From: the human T2T-CHM13v2.0 reference genome, Homo sapiens
DNA length: 64,000 bases
NCBI RefSeq assembly: GCF_009914755.1
Contig: NC_060947.1
Reading direction: 5' to 3' (one strand)
Position numbers and translations under genes: made by a program. Shown here in pieces: positions 42,589-57,010 of the stretch. The notes below the pieces were generated by a model, which saw nothing but the letters and a program-made list of their open reading frames with translations, searched no databases and was not told where the DNA came from. Numbering within the stretch: position 1 is the stretch's first letter; every line of letters starts with the position of its first letter.

Positions 42589-42974
42589 ACTTTAGGAGGC
42601 CTAAGGATGGTTGACTGCACTTTTCAGATATCCTAAGTATTTATAAGGAGTTAAAGGTTTGATCTCTGAGCTGAGTGATAGGCAGTAGTCTTCCTTTTAG
42701 ACACAGTCTCAGGAGGGGAGAGAGGAAGGGCTGCCCGGAGGAGGTAGGTCACACAGAATGGGTTACAAATCATGTATCTGCCCTCAGTTCTAATTGTACC
42801 TGTCCTTTTTCTCCAGAAGGCTGGATCCTTTCCTACCAGAACCAGTACCTTAAGGGCTTGTAATATTGAACTGTGAGTCCCCAGAGGGCAGGTACTATGC
42901 CATATTTATTTTGGCACTCCCCAAGCACAATGCTTGGTAGGAAACAGACCTTAATAAGTTTTGGCTGTGCCAGA
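42589..42974 (+). repeat. 386-bp local duplication, copy 1
   Basis: Ungapped match to 47185-47570 with about 10 substitutions counted by eye. Confidence 0.92.
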
Positions 42975-43260
42975 CGTGGTGGCTCAGGCCTGTAATCCCA
43001 GCATTTTTGGGGGCCAAGATGGGCGGATCACGTGAGGCCAGGAGTTTGAGAACATCCTGGCCAACACAGAGAAATCCTGTCTCAGCCGGGTACGGTGGCT
43101 CACGCCTGTAATCCCAGCACTCTGGGAGGCCAAAGCAGGTATATCACCTGAGGTCAGGAGTGTGCGACCAGCCTGGCCAACATGGTGAAACCCCACCTCT
43201 ACTAAAAATACAAAAAATTAGCCGGGCGTGGTGGCAGGTGCCTGTAATCCCAGCTACTCA

Positions 43261-43365
<105 letters not shown>

Positions 43366-43664
43366 TCAAAAAAAAAAAAAAAAAGAAATCCTGTCTCTAC
43401 CAAAAAATACAAAAATTATCCAGGTGTGGTAGCGCATGCCTGTAGTCTCAGCCCAGGTACTCAGGAGGCTGAGGCAGGAGACTTGCTTGAACCCGGGAGG
43501 CAGAGGTTGCAGTGAGCTGAGATCCGCGTCACTGAACTCCAGCCTGGGCGACAGAGCGAGAGCCCTGTCTCAAAAAGAAAAGAAGTATTGGTTAAAGGTT
43601 GAATTAAAAGTAGGCTTTTACTGCCCTTTAAATGTTTGGCATCAGTTCTGGGAGCCAGGAAAAA

Positions 43665-43665
43665 A

Positions 43666-43712
<47 letters not shown>

Positions 43713-43713
43713 A
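43665..43713. repeat. (TAAA)n microsatellite
   Basis: Seen directly; a similar tract lies at 29052-29089. Confidence 0.95.
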
Positions 43714-43893
43714 TGTGTGGCTGACAGACTCCATGGTGGCCTTCATGATCCTGCCTCCTGGTGTTCATGCCTTTGTGTGATACCTTCCCCTCGAGTGGTG
43801 ACAGGACCTGTGACTTGATTCTGACCGATATGGTATAAGTGATAGGATGTTACTCCCATGATTATGTCACATGATGTAAGATTCTCTCTTGGC
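43714..43893 (+). mobile_element. MLT1 (MaLR) LTR 5' fragment
   Basis: gatcctgcctcctggtgttcatgcctttgtgtga...gacctgtgacttg resembles the MLT1E/F 5' end. Confidence 0.55.
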
Positions 43894-43939
43894 AGGAAAC
43901 AAAAGCAAAAAATAGACAAGTGGGTCTACATCAAACTTA

Positions 43940-44257
<318 letters not shown>

Positions 44258-45686
44258 TCAGTGAAGGGAGTACAGCATAACCAGCCCAGAGAAAGAAACC
44301 AGAAAGTTCAGTGCCTCAGTTTCCTCATCTGTGAAATGTATCAAGGAGCCAGACCTGAGCCCCTCTGGGGCAGAGACTATTATTTTCACTCTTATGGCCC
44401 CAGCATCTAGCAGAGTGTCTCTCACAGAGTCGCACTTGTTAAAGCACTTTTTTGTTGTTGGTTTTTATTGTTTGTTTTTGGCATAGGATCTCACTCTGTT
44501 GTCCAGGCTCGAGTGCAGTGGCATGATCTCAGCTCAGCAACCTCCGCCCCCTGGGTTCAAGCGATTCTCATGTCTTCAGCCTTCTGAGTACCTGGGACTA
44601 CAGACACGTACCACCACGCCCGGCTAATTTTTGTATTTTTAGTAGAGACGGGGTTTCACCATGTTGGCCAGGCTGATCTCCAACTCCTGACCTCAAGTGA
44701 TCCGCCCACCTCGGCCTCCCGAAGTGCTGGGATTACAAGCGTGAGCCACCGCACCCAGCTGATAATGTGTGTTTTGACCTGACCGTGGTGGCATATGGAC
44801 AAGACGGTTTGGGACTTGTTTATCCAGGAATAAAGTTCATGTTAGCAAGCAGTGAATCTCCCTCAGTGATTTGGGCTCAGCTTGGAACCATCCTGAGAGG
44901 CACATTATTTCTTGCAGACTGCGCAATTGGGGTCCTCTGAAAATGAAACCAAAATGGAACTCTTGCTTATGCCACCTGCTTCTGCTGAGGGACACACAGC
45001 TCTAGTCGCCTCCAGCACAAGATTCATGTGGGGTGGTGGTAATAGTGACACTTCCAGGTCACTTAGGGAAATCTCTCGCCAGGAGATGGGCAACTGGGCC
45101 ATTGATACAGTGGTACCCGGCCACCTTTCATGAGTGCCTGTAATTAAAATGACATTTTAATTTGGATTTAGATATATGATAAAGTGAGACAGAAAGACAA
45201 ATAAACATGTTTTCCTTTAATTTTTTGGAAATTTTCTTAGCCCCTTATAAAAGGTTTAGTATGAAACTAGAAAATTCAATTTGGATAACTTAGTTTCTTT
45301 TTCTCTAATTTAGTTTCATTTCTCTTTACACAAATGTCACTTCCTCTCTGTAGCTTTCCAGGCCACTATGCTGCCTCGTCACCAAGACTTCGCTAGCACT
45401 CCATCCTGGCAGAATTAATTGTTTACTGCTTCCTGTAGATCATGTGGCACATTATTCACTGAAGCAGTTATCACAATGTATTTGATTACATTTCTGTTTT
45501 TTTTTCTCTCTAGGTGGCAAATTCTCAGAAGTCAGAAACTCTCCCTGTTTGATCTTTGTAGTGTCAGGACCCAGCATAATACCTGACATATAGTAGATGC
45601 TCAATAAATGAATTAAATGGAATTGAATTAGTATATTGGCTTTACTTATTATTTTGTTTGTTTTAGTCCCCTCCCCCCTTTAATGA

Positions 45687-45824
<138 letters not shown>

Positions 45825-46405
45825 TGAGATTACAGGGATGCGCCACCATGCCTGGCTAATTTTTGTATTTTTGGTGAAGACGAGTTTTCACCATGTTGGC
45901 CAGGCTGGTCTCAAACCCCTGGCCTTAAGTGATCTGCCCAACTTAGCCTCCCAAAGTGCTGGGATTACAGGCATGAGCCACTGCACCCGGCCTGATTATT
46001 TTCAAAGAATTGAAGATAGAGTGCATCAGAAAAAATTCTATATTCATTATCTTTACTTTCTGTTGCTCAGACTATATGAGCCTCTTGGCCAAATAAAAGC
46101 CATTTATGGAACTGGTTTGCAGATGATTCTGAAAAGAGGCTGAGAGGAGAGGGATTAGGGAGGAAAAAAAATCCTTGTGGGATAGGGTCAGAATTCAAAG
46201 AGAAAATGGAGAATTAAAGACAAATTCAACGGAATTCTAATAAGATCAGGTGTAGAATCATAAACCTGAGGACAATCTAGGTATATAAACGCAAGACGTG
46301 GACCAGGCATGGTGGCCCACACCTGTAATCCCAGCACTTTTGGAGGCCAAGGTGGGAGGAACGCTTGAGCCCAGGAATTTGAGACCAGCTTGGGCAACAT
46401 AGTGA

Positions 46406-46687
<282 letters not shown>

Positions 46688-47184
46688 TGATCTGCCCGCC
46701 TCAGCCTCTTAAAGTGCTGGGATTACAGGTGTGAGCCACTGCGCCCAGCCAGGTGGCACATACTTACAGTCTCAGCTACATGGGAGGCTGAGTTGAGAAG
46801 ATTGTTTGAGTCCAGGAGTTCAAGGCTGCAGCGAGCTATGATTGCACCTCTGCACTCCAGCCTTGGAGACAGAGTGAGACCCTGACTCAAAAAAAAAAAA
46901 AAAAAAAAAAAAAGGAGTAAACCCAAACCCAAGATGTGCAGGAGTGGCATTTCAGAAGCTAAGTTCTAGGAGTCATGTGATCCTCCTACCTCAGCCTCCC
47001 AAGTAGCTGGGACTACAGATATGTACCACCATGTCCAGCTAATTTTTGTGTTTTTTGTAGAGGTGAGGTTCTGCCATGTTGACCAGGCTGGTCTCAAACT
47101 CCTGGGCTCAAGCAATCCACCCAACTCGACCTCCCAAAATGCTGGGATTACAGGTGTGAGCCATGGTGCCCACCAAGAGCTGAC

Positions 47185-48890
<1,706 letters not shown>

Positions 48891-49026
48891 GGCCAGGCGC
48901 GGTAGCTCACGCCTGTAATCCCAGCACTTTAGGAGGCCGAGGCAGGCAGATCACATGAGGTCAGGAGTTGGAGACCAGCCTGGCCAACATGGTGAAACCC
49001 CATCTCTACTAAAAATACAAAAATTA

Positions 49027-49167
<141 letters not shown>

Positions 49168-49920
49168 TCAAAAAAAAAAAAAGTGTTCATGGTAGAATGG
49201 TAGAGAGCAGTGGCCCTTGGTCCAACAAAGCCAGTCTTAAATCATAAACATTCATAACTCTATCATGTCCCAGCTTTAACAATTTTGTAACCCCTGTTGA
49301 GCCTCAGGTTTTGCCAGCTGTAAAGACAGTGCTATTACTTACTTCACAAGACAGTTGTAACGGCCAGGCATGGCAGCTCACACCTGTCATCCCAGCACTT
49401 TGGGAGGCTGAGGCAGGAGGAGTGCTTGAAGCCAGGAGTTCGAGGCTAGCCTAGGCAACTTAGCAAGATCCCATCCCTACAAAAAAATTTTAAAGATTAG
49501 CCAGGCATGGCGGCATGTGCCTGTGGTCCTAGCCACTCCGGAGGTTGAGATGGGAGGATTGCTTGAGTCCAGGAGTTGTGGTTGCAGTGAGCCATGCTTG
49601 CATTATTGCCCTCCAGCTTGGGCAACAGAGCAAGACCCTGTTTAAAAAAAAAATAGGGCCTGGTGTGGTGGCTCACGCCTGTTATCCTAGCACTTTGGGA
49701 GGCCGAGGCAGGAGGATCCCCTGAGGTCAGGAGTTCGAGATCAGTCTGGCCAACAGGACAAAACCCCGTCTCTACTAAAATTTTAAAGAAAAAAAAATTG
49801 GCCGGGTGCGGTGGCTCACACTTGTAATCCCAGCACATTCAGAGGCCGAGGCAGGTGGATCACCTGAGGTCGGGAGTTTGAGACTAGCCTGACCGACATG
49901 GAGAATGCCCGTCTCTACTA

Positions 49921-50076
<156 letters not shown>

Positions 50077-50145
50077 CTAAAAAATAAAAAATAAAAAAAT
50101 AATTAGCTGGGTGTGGTGGCACATGCCTGTAATCCCAGCTACTCA

Positions 50146-50592
<447 letters not shown>

Positions 50593-51581
50593 TTAAAGCA
50601 AACCACCTAAGACAATGCCTTGGCTGATTCCCTTCCCAGTACTCTTCCCCTACTCAGTCCTCCTCAGTTACAGGGATTCTCTTTCTCACAAAGATTAAAT
50701 TCTGCTGTAAAAACCACACACATCTCCAAAAGTAATGTATATACCCTGAGGGCTGGTTTCAAAACTTGGTCATCCTTTAAAACCTCCAAGTACCTAGCAC
50801 AAGACTCAGTAAGGACGTGTTCATCTGCCGACTCACTAACCAAATAAAAGTTTTCCAAATGCTAGACAGTTAATCCCTTTTCTCACGCCATTTTCTCCCC
50901 TGCTGTTCAGGAGCTGTATATGCCATTTTAAATATAAATTCCATGCTGGACATGAGATTTCTCATGCCTGTAATCCCAGCACTTTGGGAGGCTAAGGCGT
51001 GAGAATCCCTTGAAGCCAGGAGTTCAAAACCAGTCTGGGCAACACAGAAGGACTCGTATCTCATTAGCCAGGTATTGTGGCACACACCTATAATCCTAGC
51101 TACTTGGGAGGCTGAGGTGGGAGAGTCGCTTGACCCTGGGAGGTAGAGCTTGCCTGGGTGACAGAGAAAGACTGTCTCAAAAAAAGAAAGAAAGAAAGAA
51201 AAGAAAGACTCCCATCTCTACAAAAAATTTTAAAGATTAGCCGGGCATGGTGGCACATACCTGTGGTCCGAGTTACTCAGGAGGTTGAGGTGGGAGGATC
51301 GCTTAAACCCAGGAGTTCAAGGCTGCAGTGAGCTATAATCATGCCACTGCACTCCTGCCTGGGCGACAGAGCAAGACCCTGTCTCTTAAAAAAAAAAAAA
51401 AAAATAGGCCAGGCGCAGTGGTTCACATCTGTAATCCCAGCACTTTGGGAGACCGAGGCGGGCGGATCACCTGAGGTCAGGAGTTTGAGACCAGCCTGAC
51501 CAACATGGAGAAACCCCACCTCTACTAAAAATACAAAATTAGCGGGGCGTGGTGGCACATGCCTGCAATCCCAGCTACTCA

Positions 51582-52477
<896 letters not shown>

Positions 52478-52716
52478 TAATAGCTGGGATACAGGCACAC
52501 GCCACCACACCCAGCTAATTCTTGTATTTTTTTTGTACAGACGGAGTTTCCCTATGTTACCCAGGATGGTCTCAAACTCCTGGGCTCAAGCGATTCATCC
52601 ACCTCAGCCTCCCAAAGTGCTGGGTTTACAGGCATGAGACACCACACCTGGCCACCATCTGTTTTTCAGAATAGGTTCTTCTTGTCATAAGGACAAAGCA
52701 AAGCAAAAGATCATGA

Positions 52717-52854
<138 letters not shown>

Positions 52855-53354
52855 TGAGTAGCTGGGATTACAGGCACTCGTCACCATGCCCAATTTTTTT
52901 TTAAATTATTTTTAGTAGACACGGCGTTTTACCATGTTGGCCAGGTTGGTCTCGAACTCCTGACCTCGTGATCCACCTGCCTCTGTAGAAGGAGGGATCA
53001 GACTATCCCCAAAAGACCACCCCTCACATTCAACAAGTGATTCTCTGCTTTTGCTAGCAATATCCTGTATGTAGAAAAGAAAGCAGAAGTAGATTCTCTG
53101 TTACCCTTCCTGCCCTAGGGGGATTCCACGGATCCTGAGTCACCCTGGGAGATTATGAAACTCAAAGGTCTTTCTCAAAGATCTTTAAAAACCACTGATT
53201 CTCAACTGCCAAATTACAGCTACTAGTCTTTCCTGATAGTGTTGGCTAGACCTCATGGATGACCAGAAGGCCTTTTCCTCCTCTGCTTCTGTCTAAAATG
53301 TCAGGACTTAGGAGCGCTTGTTATACATTTCCTGGTAACAGTAAATTAGACCGC

Positions 53355-53365
53355 TATGACTAAGC
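53355..53365 (+). promoter_or_regulatory. SAT1: Polyamine-responsive element TATGACTAA overlapping an ARE core TGACnnnGC (NRF2/PMF1 site)
   Basis: Exact TATGACTAAGC about 1.5 kb upstream of the inferred TSS, where the PRE is described. Confidence 0.85.
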
Positions 53366-53429
53366 GCTAGTGACAGCTGCGTAGCTAAAGCAAAACCAAA
53401 GCCATCTTCTGTTTGGGTTGCTTAGTTTA

Positions 53430-53597
<168 letters not shown>

Positions 53598-53699
53598 TTA
53601 TCAAGGAATCCAAAGACCTTACCTTCGAAAATTGTAAAAAACAGTAATACACAAGCACATATTCTTTTAGTCACCAGAGCAATGACATCATCACATATT

Positions 53700-54260
53700 C
53701 TGTAAATGTATAATTATTTCAAAAAAAAGTTAAAGGAAATGAAGCACAGAAGATGAATCAAGTAGGGATTACAACAACTTTCAACAGCAACCGAAGTCAG
53801 AAGACAGATACCATCAATGTGCTGAAAGAGGAAAACTTCTGAACCTCAAAATCTATAAACTATGAAATAAACCCTTCAAGAATTTTAAGATGGGCTGGTC
53901 CAAAGGTAGTGAGTTATCTCAGTTGATTGTTCACAATCAGTTACACATCAAACTCCTTATTTTACTCTGACTACTGCACTTGACTAGTCTAAAAAAAGAA
54001 TTATAAGATGAATTAAAGACACGTTCAGATAAGCAAAACTGAGAACGTTTGGCAAAAGCAGATCTTTACTAAAGGAAATTATGAAGAATGTACCTCGGGC
54101 AGAAGGAAAAGTGTCAAGATCAAGTGTCAAGGAAGATTAGAGATTTAAGAAGGTATAAGAAGGTTAGAAAAGTAAGAAAAAAATATGCCGTCAACTCTAA
54201 AAACTACAAGTATAAAGAAAAAAGATTATTGGGAAATCCAAATAACCTACCTTAGGAAAT
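53700..54260 (+). mobile_element. Ancient L1M ORF1-region fragment hosting the Y RNA pseudogene
   Basis: gtgctgaaagaggaaaac...ccttcaagaat | gaattaaagacacgttcagataagcaaaactgaga is colinear with the L1 ORF1 3' part. Confidence 0.55.
53893..53997 (+). pseudogene. Y1 RNA (RNY1-like) retropseudogene
   Basis: GGCTGGTCCAAAGGTAGTGAGTTATCTCAGTTGATTGTTCACA...CTACTGCACTTGACTAGTCT plus A-tail; TSD aagaatt(t/a)taagatg at 53878-53892 and 53996-54010. Confidence 0.9.
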
Positions 54261-54641
54261 TCTAAAAGAATATACGAGCTCACATTCCTTTGGTCATAAG
54301 AGCAGTGTCATCATTAGACATCAGGTCGCCTCTGGAAAATTCCATTGTGAGTTTAAAAGGCAAATGACGTCTATAATTCTAAAACTAGTTCTCCCACCGA
54401 AACTCTAGAAAGGATCTTGGGATCTGCAGGGTCTCCCGGATCACACTTTGAGAACTGCTGCTTTAGTCTTCCTCCCATCTCCTAAGGCCAGAGCTCCTGA
54501 GTTTGCTTCCCACTGGCCAAGGAGAAAAGAGCAAGGTCACTTGTCGGGGGGCTGCAGAGGGAATTACCTTCTTTCATTTGCAAATGTTACTGGGGGACAC
54601 ACCGGCTCCCAGTAGGGTTTCCGCCAAGGCTCCGCGAAACG

Positions 54642-54655
54642 CCACTAGAGGGCGC
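54642..54655 (+). promoter_or_regulatory. CTCF consensus motif in the SAT1 promoter
   Basis: CCACTAGAGGGCGC matches the CTCF core CCASYAGRKGGCRS. Confidence 0.7.
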
Positions 54656-54917
54656 CGCTAGCGAATCCCACAGCGCGCCCCGCTGCCCCCACTTTTGTCC
54701 TCCGGGTTCACACGGGCGCCCGGAAGAGAGGGTGGTGCCTGGGAGAGGAAACGATGCGCCCCGGGGCCGCGGCCTCATTGGATGAGAGGTCCCACCTCAC
54801 GGCCCGAGGCGGGGCTTCTTTGCGCTTAAAAGCCGAGCCGGGCCAATGTTCAAATGCGCAGCTCTTAGTCGCGGGCCGACTGGTGTTTATCCGTCACTCG
54901 CCGAGGTTCCTTGGGTC

Positions 54918-54932
54918 ATGGTGCCAGCCTGA
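54918..54932 (+). promoter_or_regulatory. SAT1 short uORF (MVPA*)
   Basis: gtcATGGTGCCAGCCTGA in the 5'UTR with good Kozak context (G at -3, G at +4). Confidence 0.7.
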
Positions 54933-54960
54933 CTGAGAAGAGGACGCTCCCGGGAGACGA

Positions 54961-55050
54961 ATGAGGAACCACCTCCTCCTACTGTTCAAGTACAGGGGCC
55001 TGGTCCGCAAAGGGAAGAAAAGCAAAAGACGAAAATGGCTAAATTCGTGA
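54961..55050 (+). promoter_or_regulatory. SAT1 overlapping uORF, 29 aa, out of frame across the main ATG
   Basis: ATG at 54961 stays open to TGA at 55048-55050: MRNHLLLLFKYRGLVRKGKKSKRRKWLNS*. Confidence 0.7.
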
Positions 55051-55100
55051 TCCGCCCAGCCACTGCCGCCGACTGCAGTGACATACTGCGGCTGATCAAG
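55035..55100 (+). CDS. SAT1: SAT1 coding exon 1 (MAKFVIRPATAADCSDILRLIK)
   Basis: Start in strong context gaaaATGG; donor AAG|gtagcg; recognisable SSAT1 N-terminus. Confidence 0.97.
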
Positions 55101-55340
55101 GTAGCGGAGAGCCAGAGCTCCTCCCGGGGCGTGGGGTGGAGGTGGCTCCGTTTCCCAGGGTGGGGTGATTCACGTCTTGAGGTCTCGGCCGGTGTGAGAG
55201 CCCAGCCTGTTCCCCTTTCTGCGCCCATCCCCGGCTCGGCCGCCACCCCGCCCGCCCGCCCCATTCCCTTCCCCTGAGCTGGCCGGGCCGGAGCCTCATT
55301 TTGTTTTCTACTTTTTTCTCTCCTATGTGCATCCCCCCAG

Positions 55341-55392
55341 GAGCTGGCTAAATATGAATACATGGAAGAACAAGTAATCTTAACTGAAAAAG
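55341..55392 (+). CDS. SAT1: SAT1 exon 2 ([17 protein letters not shown])
   Basis: ccccccag|GAG...AAAG|gtaatt, 52 nt. Confidence 0.97.
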
Positions 55393-55482
55393 GTAATTCA
55401 ACAGTGGCGGGACGGGGGACAAGCGTTCGGTGCCTGTCACCTTCGCCAAGGCCATTACCGCCCCTGCTCCCCCTTCTTGCAG

Positions 55483-55566
55483 ATCTGCTAGAAGATGGTT
55501 TTGGAGAGCACCCCTTTTACCACTGCCTGGTTGCAGAAGTGCCGAAAGAGCACTGGACTCCGGAAG
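55483..55566 (+). CDS. SAT1: SAT1 exon 3 ([28 protein letters not shown])
   Basis: cttcttgcag|AT...GAAG|gtaacc, 84 nt. Confidence 0.97.
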
Positions 55567-55764
55567 GTAACCCCTCGCCCTTTCCAGAAGCCAGAGAGAC
55601 CAAGTGTTATGTAAGAAGTAGTGTCGGCTGTGTAGAACCACTGACTACACAGGCCGAAGTTACTGAGAACTTGGACAGAAAAAATAGCCAGCAAGTGTTC
55701 AAACTACTGAGGAAAAAAAAAAATTAGATATGCTGCACTTAAGAATACTAGGGCAGGTTAAAAG

Positions 55765-55858
55765 AGCTGTTTAAGTAAGTATCAGAGTGCTGTGGAGACT
55801 CGGAAGTGTTTAAGCTGCTTAAGTAAGTATAAGTGCTGTGGAGACCCGGAAGAGTTAG
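55765..55858 (+). repeat. ~48-bp tandem duplication in SAT1 intron 3
   Basis: agctg(t/c)ttaagtaagtat...agtgctgtggagac(t/c)cggaag present twice. Confidence 0.88.
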
Positions 55859-55976
55859 ATATAATGTCATTTGTTGTAATTCAGTTTCATAAAATGGTTC
55901 TTGTTTGACCCTAACGTAACAGTTTTTGTAATTGTGTTAAATCACATTTTTTTCTTTAATTTGTCCCAATCTTCAG

Positions 55977-56086
55977 GTTACAGTCTCTAGCTTCGCCATG
56001 TACATGGCCCTTCCGTGTACATGGATGGGCGGGGAGGTAACTAAAAGATCCTTTACACAATAAAGTAGATGATCATGATAAATGAG
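55977..56086 (+). other. SAT1: SAT1 poison exon X (SSAT-X, NMD-coupled, 110 nt)
   Basis: Long U-rich tract then cttcag|GTTAC...AATGAG|gtaagg gives exactly 110 nt. In-frame TAG at 55988-55990 gives a 71-aa product ending GYSL*. Matches the known polyamine-regulated unproductive splicing. Confidence 0.92.
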
Positions 56087-57010
56087 GTAAGGTCCTATTA
56101 TCACACACTTCAAACACGGTAGATCAGAAACCCACTATGATACTCGCTTCCTGTCTGTTTGCTAAGGAATATAAAATGGCTAGAAAGTTTAATTTGAAAC
56201 CTTTGCCTCCATTTGGAATAGTAGACACCAGTTAAGAGGGTGTCAGATGCCTTTTTTTTTTTTTTTTTTTTGGCTGGTCCCTGTTGATTGGTCAGAAGAC
56301 AGCTCAGCTAAAAGGGGAAGTTGTCTGGGTGGTTGCTTTTTTTCTGACGTCTGTTCCTCAGGCTGGAAGAAATGAGCAGAAAACAAGGGATGAGTACTTT
56401 TTAGAGTATGTGCATGTTACGTAATACCTGTTTCTGGGCAATGCTGCTTCTTCTGACTCAACAAATGGGGAGAGCAAATTGAAAATGCGTAAATTGGAAG
56501 GCAAGTTCTGAAATTAAACGTTGTACTTTGGCCTGATGTTCTGACCTTTAAGGAAGCAAGAGTTTGTAAACTTCCAAATATTTACTATTCTGAACTGCCG
56601 TGTAAACCTGACGTATTCCCAAGTCAACATACCAGTATACCAATAGGATGTGAATAATGTGTGTGTTGAGTTTAAAACCATAGCAGTTTTGCTCTGGCAA
56701 GTAATGAAAGCGTTCTCGCTTCCTGAGTGTGAGCTCCAGCAGACTGCAGAGTGGCCAGTCCACAGTTGTAGCCTGACTTCAGTGAGTTCTGATGTGTGCT
56801 TTTTGCAAATACATGTTCTCAGAACAGTGAGATCATCCAGCAGTGGCCTGGACTGCACTCACATAAAAATCATGAGACAGCCATGGCTACTTGTTTCTGT
56901 AATACATGCATGTGTGTTTTTTAAAACCTATGATAGGCCTCTGATTCTGCAGCTGCAACTTTTATGGAATGTTTTCCTTCTCCACATCTCATGTGATGCT
57001 CTTATTACAG

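Larger units (their letters stand above)
54600..55480. promoter_or_regulatory. SAT1: SAT1 CpG-island promoter and 5' region (TSS roughly 54855)
   Basis: CpG-dense; GC box GAGGCGGGGC at ~54806; CCAAT at 54843; no canonical TATA box. TSS position is inferred. Confidence 0.85.

Noticed and set aside
56272-56310. GGCTGGTCC resembling a Y RNA 5' end in SAT1 intron 3
   Set aside because: Similarity stops after 9 nt, with no 3' stem or A-tail.
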